NCBI GenBank assembly: GCA_964366795.1
Contig: CAYIUX010000001.1
Location: forward strand, 1 to 48,155
Direction of reading: 5' to 3'
Source of the DNA: an uncultured Gammaproteobacteria bacterium
GTDB taxonomy: Bacteria > Patescibacteriota > Microgenomatia > PFEM01 > CAYIUX01
Length of the DNA stretch: 48,155 nt
Shown here: one piece after another, positions 1-7,845 of the stretch
How positions within the stretch are numbered: position 1 is the first letter of the stretch
Layout of the letters: each line of letters opens with the position of its first letter
The notes under the pieces: model-generated
What the model saw: only the letters and a program-made list of their open reading frames with translations
The model's database searches: none
What the model was told of the DNA's origin: nothing
Program-made: the position numbers and the translations under genes

Positions 1-110
1 AAAATAAATCTCTTTATCAAAAATTACAAAAGGGCGGTTTGGAAGAAGTAAAAAAGCATGATTGGAATAAAACCGCCAAAGTGGCCATTGAGGTCCTTGA
101 CAAGCTATGA
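1..110 (+). CDS. 3' end of a GT-B/GT4-type glycosyltransferase gene entering from upstream (partial)
   Basis: Frame 3 reads NKSLYQKLQKGGLEEVKKHDWNKTAKVAIEVLDKL and stops at TGA 108-110. The W-x-KTAK-x3-EV tail is the usual C-terminal helix of Glycos_transf_1 enzymes. It is absent from the ORF track because there is no start codon in the window. Confidence 0.4.
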   Translation, partial: NKSLYQKLQKGGLEEVKKHDWNKTAKVAIEVLDKL

Positions 111-114
111 TAAG

Positions 115-687
115 ATGACCTGGATGATTAAGAAAATATTAATTTATCTTTTTCTTTTTATCTTCCTGGTGCCTTCGGTTGCGTTGGCAAAAGGACCTCA
201 ACCTATCCCAACCCCTACCCCAAAACCAGAATATGATTTTTCCTCAATGACAACTTACGAAATGTTTTGGCCAGTGATGGCGGGTAAGGTTCCTGGCGAC
301 AGATTTTATATCCTGAAAATTTGGCGCGATAAATTTATTGGCTTTTTGATGTTTAGCGATTTAAAAAAATCAGAATATCTTAAAACCTTAGCCAATAAAA
401 GACTGGTAGAAGCAGAAGGGTTGGTGGAAATTGGACGTTTCCCCTCCTTTCTCAAAACAATAAAAGAATCTTTAAATAATTTAGAGGAGGGCTTAAAATT
501 ACTTTCTTCTGCCCCAGATTCCCAATCTCAACTTTGGCTTAAAGGGGAATACGCCAAAGACCTTCAAAAACATTTGGTTGTTTTGGAAAGAATGAAAGGC
601 AAAGTCAAAGAGGAACAAAAAAGCCTAATAGAAAAATCTCTTGAGAGCATCAACGGATTGATTGAAGAATACCAACTGAAGATATAA
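115..687 (+). CDS. Secreted protein with N-terminal signal peptide, DUF5667-like
   Basis: The tracked ORF 58-687 overlaps the upstream gene end. An internal ATG at 115 (or 124) gives MTWMIKKILIYLFLFIFLVPSVALA/KG, a classic signal peptide with an AxA site. This is followed by a Pro/Thr linker and a helical region (PGDRFYILKIW...RLVEAEGLVEIG) that resembles DUF5667 proteins. Confidence 0.55.
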   Translation: MTWMIKKILIYLFLFIFLVPSVALAKGPQPIPTPTPKPEYDFSSMTTYEMFWPVMAGKVPGDRFYILKIWRDKFIGFLMFSDLKKSEYLKTLANKRLVEAEGLVEIGRFPSFLKTIKESLNNLEEGLKLLSSAPDSQSQLWLKGEYAKDLQKHLVVLERMKGKVKEEQKSLIEKSLESINGLIEEYQLKI

Positions 688-689
688 TT

Positions 690-2129
690 CTAGTCAGCAA
701 GTTTAATCAGTTTAAAGCGATACATCTCTTTAAGGATTTTCCTGAAAATATCGGTTTTCAGGATTTCATAAAAGTACTTCCCGATTTTTTCTCCAAACAT
801 TGAATTTAGCCTATACTTAATTATCTTTTTTTCTGCCTCGGCTGAAGACCAGTTGAACATTTTAAGTCTTTTTTCTTTTGGAAAGTCTCTGGTTTCGAAT
901 TGGGTTCCAAAAGATTGCTCGGCGTTTTTAGTGATATAGTCTAAAGGATTATTAAGAAAACGACCCTTTTTTTCTACCCAATCCCATAAATCAGTATAAG
1001 GATAAACGACCATATTACTGATCCGCGGAATGTCAATGTCTGGAGATTTTTGAAAAAATTCGACCGATTTTTTGACTGTTTCTTCATTATCTTTTGGCGC
1101 GCCAACAATGAAAAAAGCCTTGACGATTAAACCGGCCCTTTTTGCCGCCTTAAGCGCTTTTTTAATTGTTCCAATGGTTTCTCCTTTTCTGATGGCTTTA
1201 AGTACTTTAGGGCTGGTTGATTCTATCCCTAAAGCGACAAGCCGACAGCCAGCCTTCTTCATCAACTGAAAAACTTCCTCATCCGCCCTGTCAGCTCTAA
1301 TCCCTTGAGCACATTGCCAAGAAATATCAAGTTTTCGGCGGATAATTTCTTTACAGATTTCTTTGACTCTTTTTTTGTCAAAATTAAAATTATCATCGAC
1401 AACAGTGAAATTTTTAGTGCGATATTTTTTAATATTCTGTTCGATTTCATCAACGACATTTTTTCCGCTTCTTCCCCGGTAAGTTCGACCATGGACATGC
1501 CAACTGGCACAAAAGATACAATTGTAAGGACATCCTCGGGAAGTGATTATTGGCAGTTCTAAAAAACCAGCCGCCCGGTATTCTTCTAAAGGCAACAAAT
1601 CAAAACGGGGAAAGGGAATTTTGTCAAGATCAAAAATTATTTTTGCCTGGTTGCGTTTATCAATGATTTCACCATTTTTATTTTTATAAATGACGCCCTC
1701 ACAATAAGAAAGACTTCGTTCTTTTTCCAAGCAATTAATCAGTTTCGGGAAAGATTTTTCACCCTCTCCTTTTACAATAACATCAACCTCCAGTGACTTT
1801 ATTAGCTCATTACCAACCAAAGAGGCATGCATTCCCCCCAAAACGGTAATTGTTTTTGGGGAGATTTTTTTAACAAATTGCAGTACTTGTTGCGCCCCTG
1901 GATAGTCAAAGCTTGTGGCGCTGACTCCGGCTACTTTGGGTTTAAATTTTTTAATCAATCTTTCAAGTTTTTCGTAACCATAATTTTTTAGCCTCATGTC
2001 AATTAACTTCACTTTGTGCCCCTTTTCTAGCAAAACTGAGGCTAAATAGCAAATCCCCAATGGCGGTGTCCGAGGAAGGCCAAAAAAACACCCTGAGACG
2101 GTTGGAGGATAAACAAGTAAAACTTTCAT
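690..2129 (-). CDS. B12-binding (class B) radical SAM enzyme
   Basis: 479 aa. The N-terminal cobalamin-binding Rossmann-like region reads MKVLLVYPP...LGICYLASVLLEKGHKVKLIDM...VLGGMHAS. The radical SAM cluster motif is SRGCPYNCIFCAS (CxxxCxxC). Its closest in-window paralogue is 3377-4798; both share a YPYTDLWDW/YPGTELYDW C-terminal region. Confidence 0.88.
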   Translation of the reverse strand: MKVLLVYPPTVSGCFFGLPRTPPLGICYLASVLLEKGHKVKLIDMRLKNYGYEKLERLIKKFKPKVAGVSATSFDYPGAQQVLQFVKKISPKTITVLGGMHASLVGNELIKSLEVDVIVKGEGEKSFPKLINCLEKERSLSYCEGVIYKNKNGEIIDKRNQAKIIFDLDKIPFPRFDLLPLEEYRAAGFLELPIITSRGCPYNCIFCASWHVHGRTYRGRSGKNVVDEIEQNIKKYRTKNFTVVDDNFNFDKKRVKEICKEIIRRKLDISWQCAQGIRADRADEEVFQLMKKAGCRLVALGIESTSPKVLKAIRKGETIGTIKKALKAAKRAGLIVKAFFIVGAPKDNEETVKKSVEFFQKSPDIDIPRISNMVVYPYTDLWDWVEKKGRFLNNPLDYITKNAEQSFGTQFETRDFPKEKRLKMFNWSSAEAEKKIIKYRLNSMFGEKIGKYFYEILKTDIFRKILKEMYRFKLIKLAD

Positions 2130-2141
2130 TCTGACTAGCAG

Positions 2142-2147
2142 TATAAT
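2142..2147 (+). promoter_or_regulatory. Candidate -10 box (TATAAT) abutting the start codon of the GT4 gene
   Basis: TATAAT lies at 2142-2147 within the 24-nt divergent gap, 6 nt before ATG 2154 and 12 nt before ATG 2160. No SD sequence lies between them. Confidence 0.25.
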
Positions 2148-2153
2148 AACATA

Positions 2154-3380
2154 ATGGTAATGAAAATTTGCATTTTAACCCACACTTATCCAAAATTTGC
2201 TGGCGACAGCACTGCCCCTTTTATGGCTGATTTAGCCCAAAATTATGCCAAATTGGGCCAGCAGGCTTGGGTGCTTACCCCGTTTGTGAAGGATTTTAAA
2301 AAACAACGACAAAAAAATCTCCAGGTTGTTCTTTACAAATACATTTGGCCTGAGCGATTACATCTTTTGGGATACTCACGCTCAATGTATGCCGATGTTC
2401 GCCTGCGGATGATCAACTATTTTCTGGAGCCGTGGATGTTTTTAGCAGCTGTTTGGCGGCTTTGGCGGTTGATCCAAAAGGAGAAAATCGATATAGTTCA
2501 CGCCCACTGGATTCTGCCTAACGGCTTGATTGCTGCCGTGGTTTGCCGGCTGACCAAAACTCCATTGGTGATTTCTATTCCTGGTTCGGATATTCAGGTG
2601 GCCAGGAAAAATCCCTTTTTTGCCAAAATGGCTCTTTTTGCTCATCAAACAGCTAATCTAGTGACCACCAATAGCGAGGACCTTAAGCAGGCGATGGTTG
2701 ATTTGGGAGCTGATCCGAAGAAACTTGAGATGATCGTTTATGGCATAGACAAAAACAAAATGAGAATTGATACTAGCCAGAATGTTAGATTAAGAAAAAA
2801 ACTGGGATTAAATCAAGATGATATTGTTGTCTTGGCCGTCGGGAGGTTAGTTTATAAAAAGGGGTTTGACATTTTAATTAAAGCTATGCCAGAAATTCTC
2901 AAGGAAAACCCAAAAGTAAAGGCAGTTATCGTTGGTGATGGTGATTTGAGACAAGAATTAATCGACTTAAGCCGGAAATTAAAAGTGGGAAAAAATGTTT
3001 TATTCACTGGGAGGGTGAGATACGATAAACTTTTGTACCTTTACAATCTAGCTGATATTTTTGTTATGCCCTCGGTCAGTCCACCCGCTGATGGTTTAAA
3101 CGTTTGTGTGGTTGACGCCATGGTTTGTGGAAAACCAATTGTGGCGACCAATATTGCCGGCAATCCCTTAGTTGTTAAAGATGGCGTAAATGGTTTATTA
3201 ATTCCCCAAAAAAGACCAGAACTTTTAGCCTTAGCGATTTTAAAATTAGCCTCCTCGGAAAGTTTACGCCGAAAATATGGTAAAATAGGCTACCAAATGG
3301 TTCATAAATATTTTACTTGGGATAAACTTGCCCGAAAGTATATTTACCATTTCCAAAAAATAATTAACTTCCAAAAATGA
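2154..3380 (+). CDS. GT4 family glycosyltransferase (GT-B fold, Glycos_transf_1)
   Basis: 408 aa (alternative ATG at 2160). It has a typical C-terminal donor-binding region: GRLVYKKGFDILIKA...VIVGDGDLR...VMPSVSPPADGLNVCVVDAMVCGKPIVATNIAGNPLVVKDGVNGLL. Its stop overlaps the next start (ATGA at 3377-3380). Confidence 0.88.
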   Translation: MVMKICILTHTYPKFAGDSTAPFMADLAQNYAKLGQQAWVLTPFVKDFKKQRQKNLQVVLYKYIWPERLHLLGYSRSMYADVRLRMINYFLEPWMFLAAVWRLWRLIQKEKIDIVHAHWILPNGLIAAVVCRLTKTPLVISIPGSDIQVARKNPFFAKMALFAHQTANLVTTNSEDLKQAMVDLGADPKKLEMIVYGIDKNKMRIDTSQNVRLRKKLGLNQDDIVVLAVGRLVYKKGFDILIKAMPEILKENPKVKAVIVGDGDLRQELIDLSRKLKVGKNVLFTGRVRYDKLLYLYNLADIFVMPSVSPPADGLNVCVVDAMVCGKPIVATNIAGNPLVVKDGVNGLLIPQKRPELLALAILKLASSESLRRKYGKIGYQMVHKYFTWDKLARKYIYHFQKIINFQK

Positions 3381-4798
3381 AGTTTCTTTTAGTCAATCCG
3401 CCGGCAATGGGTCGTTATTGGAAACCAGCTACTCCCCATGTTGGTTTTGGTTATTTGGCGGAAACGCTTTTGGCCAACAAACACCAAGTTGAAATTGCCG
3501 ATATGCGACTTAACATAAGCTTTTCCCAGTTGGTATCAAGAATCCAAAAATTTCGACCGGATTATATTGGAATCACTGCCGCTAGTTTAGAATACCAAAA
3601 AGTTTATGATCTTGTGGATAAAATTAAGGAAGGTTTTTCTATCCCCATTATCATGGGAGGTCCGCACGCCTCTATTGTTAAAGAACAGGTTTTACAATAT
3701 TCCAAAACCGATTGGGTAGTTTACGGAGAAGGGGAGAAAACCATTTTGGATATCGCCAGAAGAATACCACCGGCAAGAATCAAGGGCTTGATTTGGCGAA
3801 GGAAAGGAGAGATTGTCATAAACCCCCCTCGGGAGTTGATTTTTGATCTTGACGACCTTCCCTTTCCAAAATATAAAAAATTTTCTTTAGATAAATATTT
3901 GGAGCATAAAATTCCTTTAATTGGTGAACGGGGTTGCCCTTATGGTTGTACTTATTGTGCTTCTAGGTTAATTCTGGGCAGAGGATTTAGAAGAAGAAGC
4001 CCGGAAAATATTTTGGAGGAAATTAAATATTGGTATAAAAGGGGATATCAAGATTTTGGTTTTAATGACGATGAATTTACCGGCGATGCCGAATGGGCAG
4101 AAAAAATTTGTGATTTAATTATTAAAAACAATTTAAAAACCACTTTTGAACTTCGAACGGGAGTGAGGGTAGATAAGCTTAACGAAAATCTGCTTTTGAA
4201 AATGAAAGAGGCTGGTTTTTTCTTTTTTGCTTTTGGAATTGAATCGGCTGATCAGAAGGTATTAAATCTGATGAAAAAGGGGACGACACCGACGCAGGCA
4301 AAAAGGGCAGTTAAGTTAGTCAATAAACATGGTTTAGAATCAAGTGGATTTTTTATGATTGGACTTCCAGGAGATACACCAGTCAAATTTAGAAAAACCT
4401 TAAGGTTTGCCAAGGGTCTTGATTTAAGCGAAGTCCGTTTTTACAACACCGTCCCTTATCCAGGAACCGAACTTTATGATTGGGCTTTAAAAAATGGTCG
4501 ATTTTTGTACTCCCCTGAAGTTTATCTTAATAAATACGATCGTCTTCAACGCAATCCTGTTTTTGAAACCGATGATTTTCCGGTTGAAGAAAGACGAAAG
4601 GCTTTTGATTTAGGGGAGCAATTTTTTGTCGAACGATTGATTGTAAAAACAGTAGGAGAAAAGCTGGGTAGACCGTTGATTTTTCTTTGTAAAAATAATT
4701 TTCTTCGCCGTATAATTATAAAAATAGGCTTTCGTTTAACTCCCTGGGTGAGAAAAATCCAAAAATTAAGAAGAAAGCTGCTTCACCATGAAAGTTAA
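3377..4798 (+). CDS. B12-binding (class B) radical SAM enzyme
   Basis: 473 aa. The N-terminus reads MKFLLVNPP...VGFGYLAETLLANKHQVEIADM...IMGGPHAS. The cluster motif is ERGCPYGCTYCAS. It is translationally coupled to the upstream GT4. Confidence 0.88.
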   Translation: MKFLLVNPPAMGRYWKPATPHVGFGYLAETLLANKHQVEIADMRLNISFSQLVSRIQKFRPDYIGITAASLEYQKVYDLVDKIKEGFSIPIIMGGPHASIVKEQVLQYSKTDWVVYGEGEKTILDIARRIPPARIKGLIWRRKGEIVINPPRELIFDLDDLPFPKYKKFSLDKYLEHKIPLIGERGCPYGCTYCASRLILGRGFRRRSPENILEEIKYWYKRGYQDFGFNDDEFTGDAEWAEKICDLIIKNNLKTTFELRTGVRVDKLNENLLLKMKEAGFFFFAFGIESADQKVLNLMKKGTTPTQAKRAVKLVNKHGLESSGFFMIGLPGDTPVKFRKTLRFAKGLDLSEVRFYNTVPYPGTELYDWALKNGRFLYSPEVYLNKYDRLQRNPVFETDDFPVEERRKAFDLGEQFFVERLIVKTVGEKLGRPLIFLCKNNFLRRIIIKIGFRLTPWVRKIQKLRRKLLHHES

Positions 4799-6782
4799 GC
4801 CAATTTTTGTTGGATTACTAATTACCTTAATTTTTTTTCTAATTTCTTTGTTTACTCTTTCTGATTACAACGTTAACTGGGATGAGCCAGTTCATTTTAT
4901 GCGCGGTCAGGCTTATTTGCGATATTTTTTAACTGGAGAGAAAAATTATAAAAACTTACCTTCTTCTCTTCCACGCTTAAGTATTTATCAAAGCAATACC
5001 TTAGATGGAGAGTATTTTTTGGAAAACGACTCCGGTCATCCTCCCTTAAACGGAATCTTAGCCGCTTTAACGAATTATATTTTTTACCAAAAATTAGGGA
5101 TTTTAGGAGATATTGAGGCTTATCATCTGTTTATTATCTTAGTCTCAACCTGCTTAGCTTTTCTTATTTTTTATTGGGCGAGGGAAGAGTATGGTTTGTT
5201 TGCGGGTGTAGTTGCCTTTTTATCTTTAACCTTTTACCCCTTATTTTTTGGTGAGTCTCACAATAATATTAAAGATCCGGTTGAAGCCTCATTTTTTGCT
5301 TTTGCTCTTTATGGGTTTTATAAAGGGATAAAATGCCAAAATTGGCGGTGGATAATTTTTTCTTCTTTATTTGCCGGTTTTGCCTTAGGAACAAAATTTA
5401 ATATTTTGTTCCTCCCTTTTATTCTTTTTCCCTGGCTGTTGGCTCTGGGGATTAAAAAAATTTTTTCCAAAAAATTTGCCCTCTTCTTTCTTGTTTACCC
5501 CTTTATTGTTTTGGTGATTTTTTTTGCTTCTTGGCCTTTTCTCTGGCAAGAGCCGATTTTTAATCTTTTAAAGACATTTGGGTATTATAAAGAAATTGGA
5601 ACTGGGGCAGTTTATCAGCCTCAGTTTATCGTGGCCGGCTTCAGTACTTATCCTCTGCAAGCGATTATTTTTACCACCCCTTTGGTTGTTTTATTTTTTT
5701 CATTCATCGGCATCATTGGTGCTTTTGCTAATTTAAGAAAAAAGCAAAAAACTTCTTTTTTGTGGCTTTTGTGGTTTTTAATTCCGATTATGAGGGTAAG
5801 TTTGCCTGGGGCAAGTATTTATGGCGGGGTCAGACAAATTATGGAATATATTCCAGCAATGGCGTTATTAACTGGCTTAGGAGCCAGCTCTATGGTTACA
5901 TGGTTACATGGCTATATGGCTAGAATAAAAAAACCATTTAACCATTTAACCATTCAGCTATTAATCCTTCTTATGTTTCTTCCTATTACTTTTAAAATAA
6001 TTTCCATCCATCCTAATCAAAATCTTTACTTTAATCCCTTAATTGGAGGGTTGCAGGGGGCGGCAGAAAAAAATTTCCCTGGTTGGGGAATAACCCTTGG
6101 CAATCCATATCTCCAGGGAGTTAAATGGCTTAATCAAAATGTGGAGCCAAATGCCAAACTGGTTTTATCTTTGGGGATGATGACTAATGTACCAAAGATA
6201 AAACTCCGAGAGGATATTGAATTTTCTAATGCCTTAGAAAGTCTCACCTGGCGGGAGGGAGAATATATTATGGGTTTGACATACTATAGTTTCCCCTTGC
6301 CGTATGATACCCAATACCCGGAAAGATATCTTGAGCCTGGTTGGGAAAAGAAAGTTGAGGGGATGTCAATTTTGAAAATTTGGAAAAACGATTTGGCTCA
6401 CACAAAAAATGGTTTTGTTGCCGAAAAAGATATCACCTCGGAAACAAAAATTGCGGTTGAAGATTATGGATTGTTAGTAGACTTCCAAAAACCAGTTTTT
6501 TTGACCAGAATGGAGGTATTTTTGGATCCTAAAAAGACAAATGAAATTAAATGGGGAGTAATTTCCACCTCTTTGGATGGGGTTTCTTGGGATGAGCAAC
6601 CAGAAGGTCTTTCCCAAAACCAAATTCCCCGAGTTCAAAAACTGAAAAATGGAATGATAACCCATTTTTTTGCTGCTATCCCAGCGCGATTTTTAAAAAT
6701 AAAGATAACCCCCTTTGATAGAAGTTATTTAAGGGTTGGTAATAGTGTTAAAATAACAACATTGCGAGATTTAAAACCCTAA
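4788..6782 (+). CDS. GT-C membrane glycosyltransferase (PMT_2/ArnT/GT39-like) with C-terminal beta-sandwich domain
   Basis: 664 aa and multi-pass. The first-loop catalytic-type motif is NWDEPVHFMRGQAY, followed by DSGHPPLNGILAA (an HPPL motif typical of PMT/ArnT-like enzymes). The C-terminal ~120 aa are soluble. It is about 70% identical over the N-terminal region to 14154-15803. Confidence 0.78.
   Translation: MKVKPIFVGLLITLIFFLISLFTLSDYNVNWDEPVHFMRGQAYLRYFLTGEKNYKNLPSSLPRLSIYQSNTLDGEYFLENDSGHPPLNGILAALTNYIFYQKLGILGDIEAYHLFIILVSTCLAFLIFYWAREEYGLFAGVVAFLSLTFYPLFFGESHNNIKDPVEASFFAFALYGFYKGIKCQNWRWIIFSSLFAGFALGTKFNILFLPFILFPWLLALGIKKIFSKKFALFFLVYPFIVLVIFFASWPFLWQEPIFNLLKTFGYYKEIGTGAVYQPQFIVAGFSTYPLQAIIFTTPLVVLFFSFIGIIGAFANLRKKQKTSFLWLLWFLIPIMRVSLPGASIYGGVRQIMEYIPAMALLTGLGASSMVTWLHGYMARIKKPFNHLTIQLLILLMFLPITFKIISIHPNQNLYFNPLIGGLQGAAEKNFPGWGITLGNPYLQGVKWLNQNVEPNAKLVLSLGMMTNVPKIKLREDIEFSNALESLTWREGEYIMGLTYYSFPLPYDTQYPERYLEPGWEKKVEGMSILKIWKNDLAHTKNGFVAEKDITSETKIAVEDYGLLVDFQKPVFLTRMEVFLDPKKTNEIKWGVISTSLDGVSWDEQPEGLSQNQIPRVQKLKNGMITHFFAAIPARFLKIKITPFDRSYLRVGNSVKITTLRDLKP
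5892..5956. repeat. Two in-frame octanucleotide tandem arrays separated by an A-rich spacer
   Basis: The first array is atggttac|atggttac|atggctat|atggctag (5892-5923). The spacer is aataaaaaa. The second array is accattta|accattta|accattca (5933-5956). The two arrays are partly complementary (atggt/accat). Together they encode MVTWLHGYMARIKKPFNHLTIQ in a loop of the GT-C. Confidence 0.85.
6411..6779 (+). other. C-terminal discoidin (F5/8 type C)/galactose-binding-like domain of the GT-C at 4788-6782
   Basis: The soluble tail reads ...LVDFQKPVFLTRMEVFLD...GVISTSLDGVSWDEQPEG...IPARFLKIKITPFD. The 'S-x-DG-x-xW' and 'ARF/YLKI/RI' pattern is characteristic of F5/8-type-C-like modules. This region is absent from the paralogue at 14154-15803. 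Confidence 0.4.
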
Positions 6783-6789
6783 GAAAAGT

Positions 6790-7773
6790 ATGATAAAAAA
6801 AATTTACAATCTAATTCGTTACCATTTTTACACCATCCAAGCAGCGGAATTTCTTATATCTTCGCCATTATTTCTAAAAAGCCCTCTTTCCCAAAAGCTG
6901 GTTAAAAGAGGACTTAGACAGACTAAAAAAGCTCCCCTGGAGTTGATGATTGAACCAACTAACCTCTGTAATTTAGCTTGTTTAATGTGTCCCCACAAAA
7001 CAATGAAAAGAGAAAAGGGGATTATGAGCAACAAGCTTTTTCAAAAAATTATTGACCAAGCAGCAAGACTAAGGGTTAAGAATATTAAACTGGCAGGAAT
7101 GGGTGAGCCCCTTTTGGATAAAGATATTGTCAAAAAAATTGCCTATGCCAAAAAGAAAAATTTAACGGTCAAAATGTTTACCAACGCCATGCCTTTAAAT
7201 AAAAAAATATCAAAACAATTAATAGAATCAGGGATTGACGAGGTGATTGTTAGTATTGATGGTGGTTCTCGAAAAACCTTGGAGCGGATTAGAAAAGGAG
7301 CTAGTTTTTCTAAGCTTCAGACTAACTTGGAAAATTTTAATCTTGAACGCCAAAAAGCGCTTAAGAGGAGCAAGAAAATTCCCGAGTTGATTATTAATGT
7401 AACTCATCAAAAAGGCAACAAACAAGAGAGGAAATTGATCCAAAAAACCTGGGGAAAATTTACCGACAAAATTCGCTTTTTCCCAATTCATAACTGGGGA
7501 AGTCAAGAAGTTACCCCCAGACCTTCATTTCCCTGCCATTTACTTTTTTTCCAGATGGCAATTTGTTGGGATGGGCGAGTTACCCTTTGCTGTATTGATT
7601 ACGAGTGTCAATATCCACAAGGAAACTTGAACAATACTAGTCTTGAAAAAATTTGGCAGAGTAAAAAAGTCTGGGAAATTCGCCAACTACATCTTAGAGG
7701 TAAATCAGATACAATTCCCCCTTGCCGTTCTTGTTCAATGCAACCGAATTGGTTTTTTACTCTTCAGTTTTAA
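6790..7773 (+). CDS. Radical SAM enzyme with C-terminal SPASM/twitch domain
   Basis: 327 aa. The cluster motif is EPTNLCNLACLMCPH and the SAM-binding motif is GMGEPLL. The Cys-rich C-terminus reads CHLLFFQMAICWDGRVTLCC...PPCRSCS, which fits the Cx..Gx4C...CxxC SPASM pattern. Confidence 0.85.
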   Translation: MIKKIYNLIRYHFYTIQAAEFLISSPLFLKSPLSQKLVKRGLRQTKKAPLELMIEPTNLCNLACLMCPHKTMKREKGIMSNKLFQKIIDQAARLRVKNIKLAGMGEPLLDKDIVKKIAYAKKKNLTVKMFTNAMPLNKKISKQLIESGIDEVIVSIDGGSRKTLERIRKGASFSKLQTNLENFNLERQKALKRSKKIPELIINVTHQKGNKQERKLIQKTWGKFTDKIRFFPIHNWGSQEVTPRPSFPCHLLFFQMAICWDGRVTLCCIDYECQYPQGNLNNTSLEKIWQSKKVWEIRQLHLRGKSDTIPPCRSCSMQPNWFFTLQF

Positions 7774-7845
7774 TCTTCCTTTGAACTCTAATAACCATCA
7801 AAAGGATGCCAGTTAAAAGAGAGTTATTATAGGGATGTATTTAAA

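Noticed and set aside
190-230. C/A-rich stretch encoding PQPIPTPTPKP, considered as another tandem-repeat array.
   Set aside because: There is no consistent unit length or exact repetition. It reads as an ordinary Pro/Thr linker after the signal peptide.
7786-7832. Inverted repeat ctctaataac...gttattatag in the only sizeable non-coding gap (7774-7845), considered as a bidirectional intrinsic terminator.
   Set aside because: The stem pairs at only 9 of 10 positions, is almost entirely A/T, has a 27-nt loop and has no flanking U-tract. It is not a convincing Rho-independent terminator. It is noted only as weak structure.
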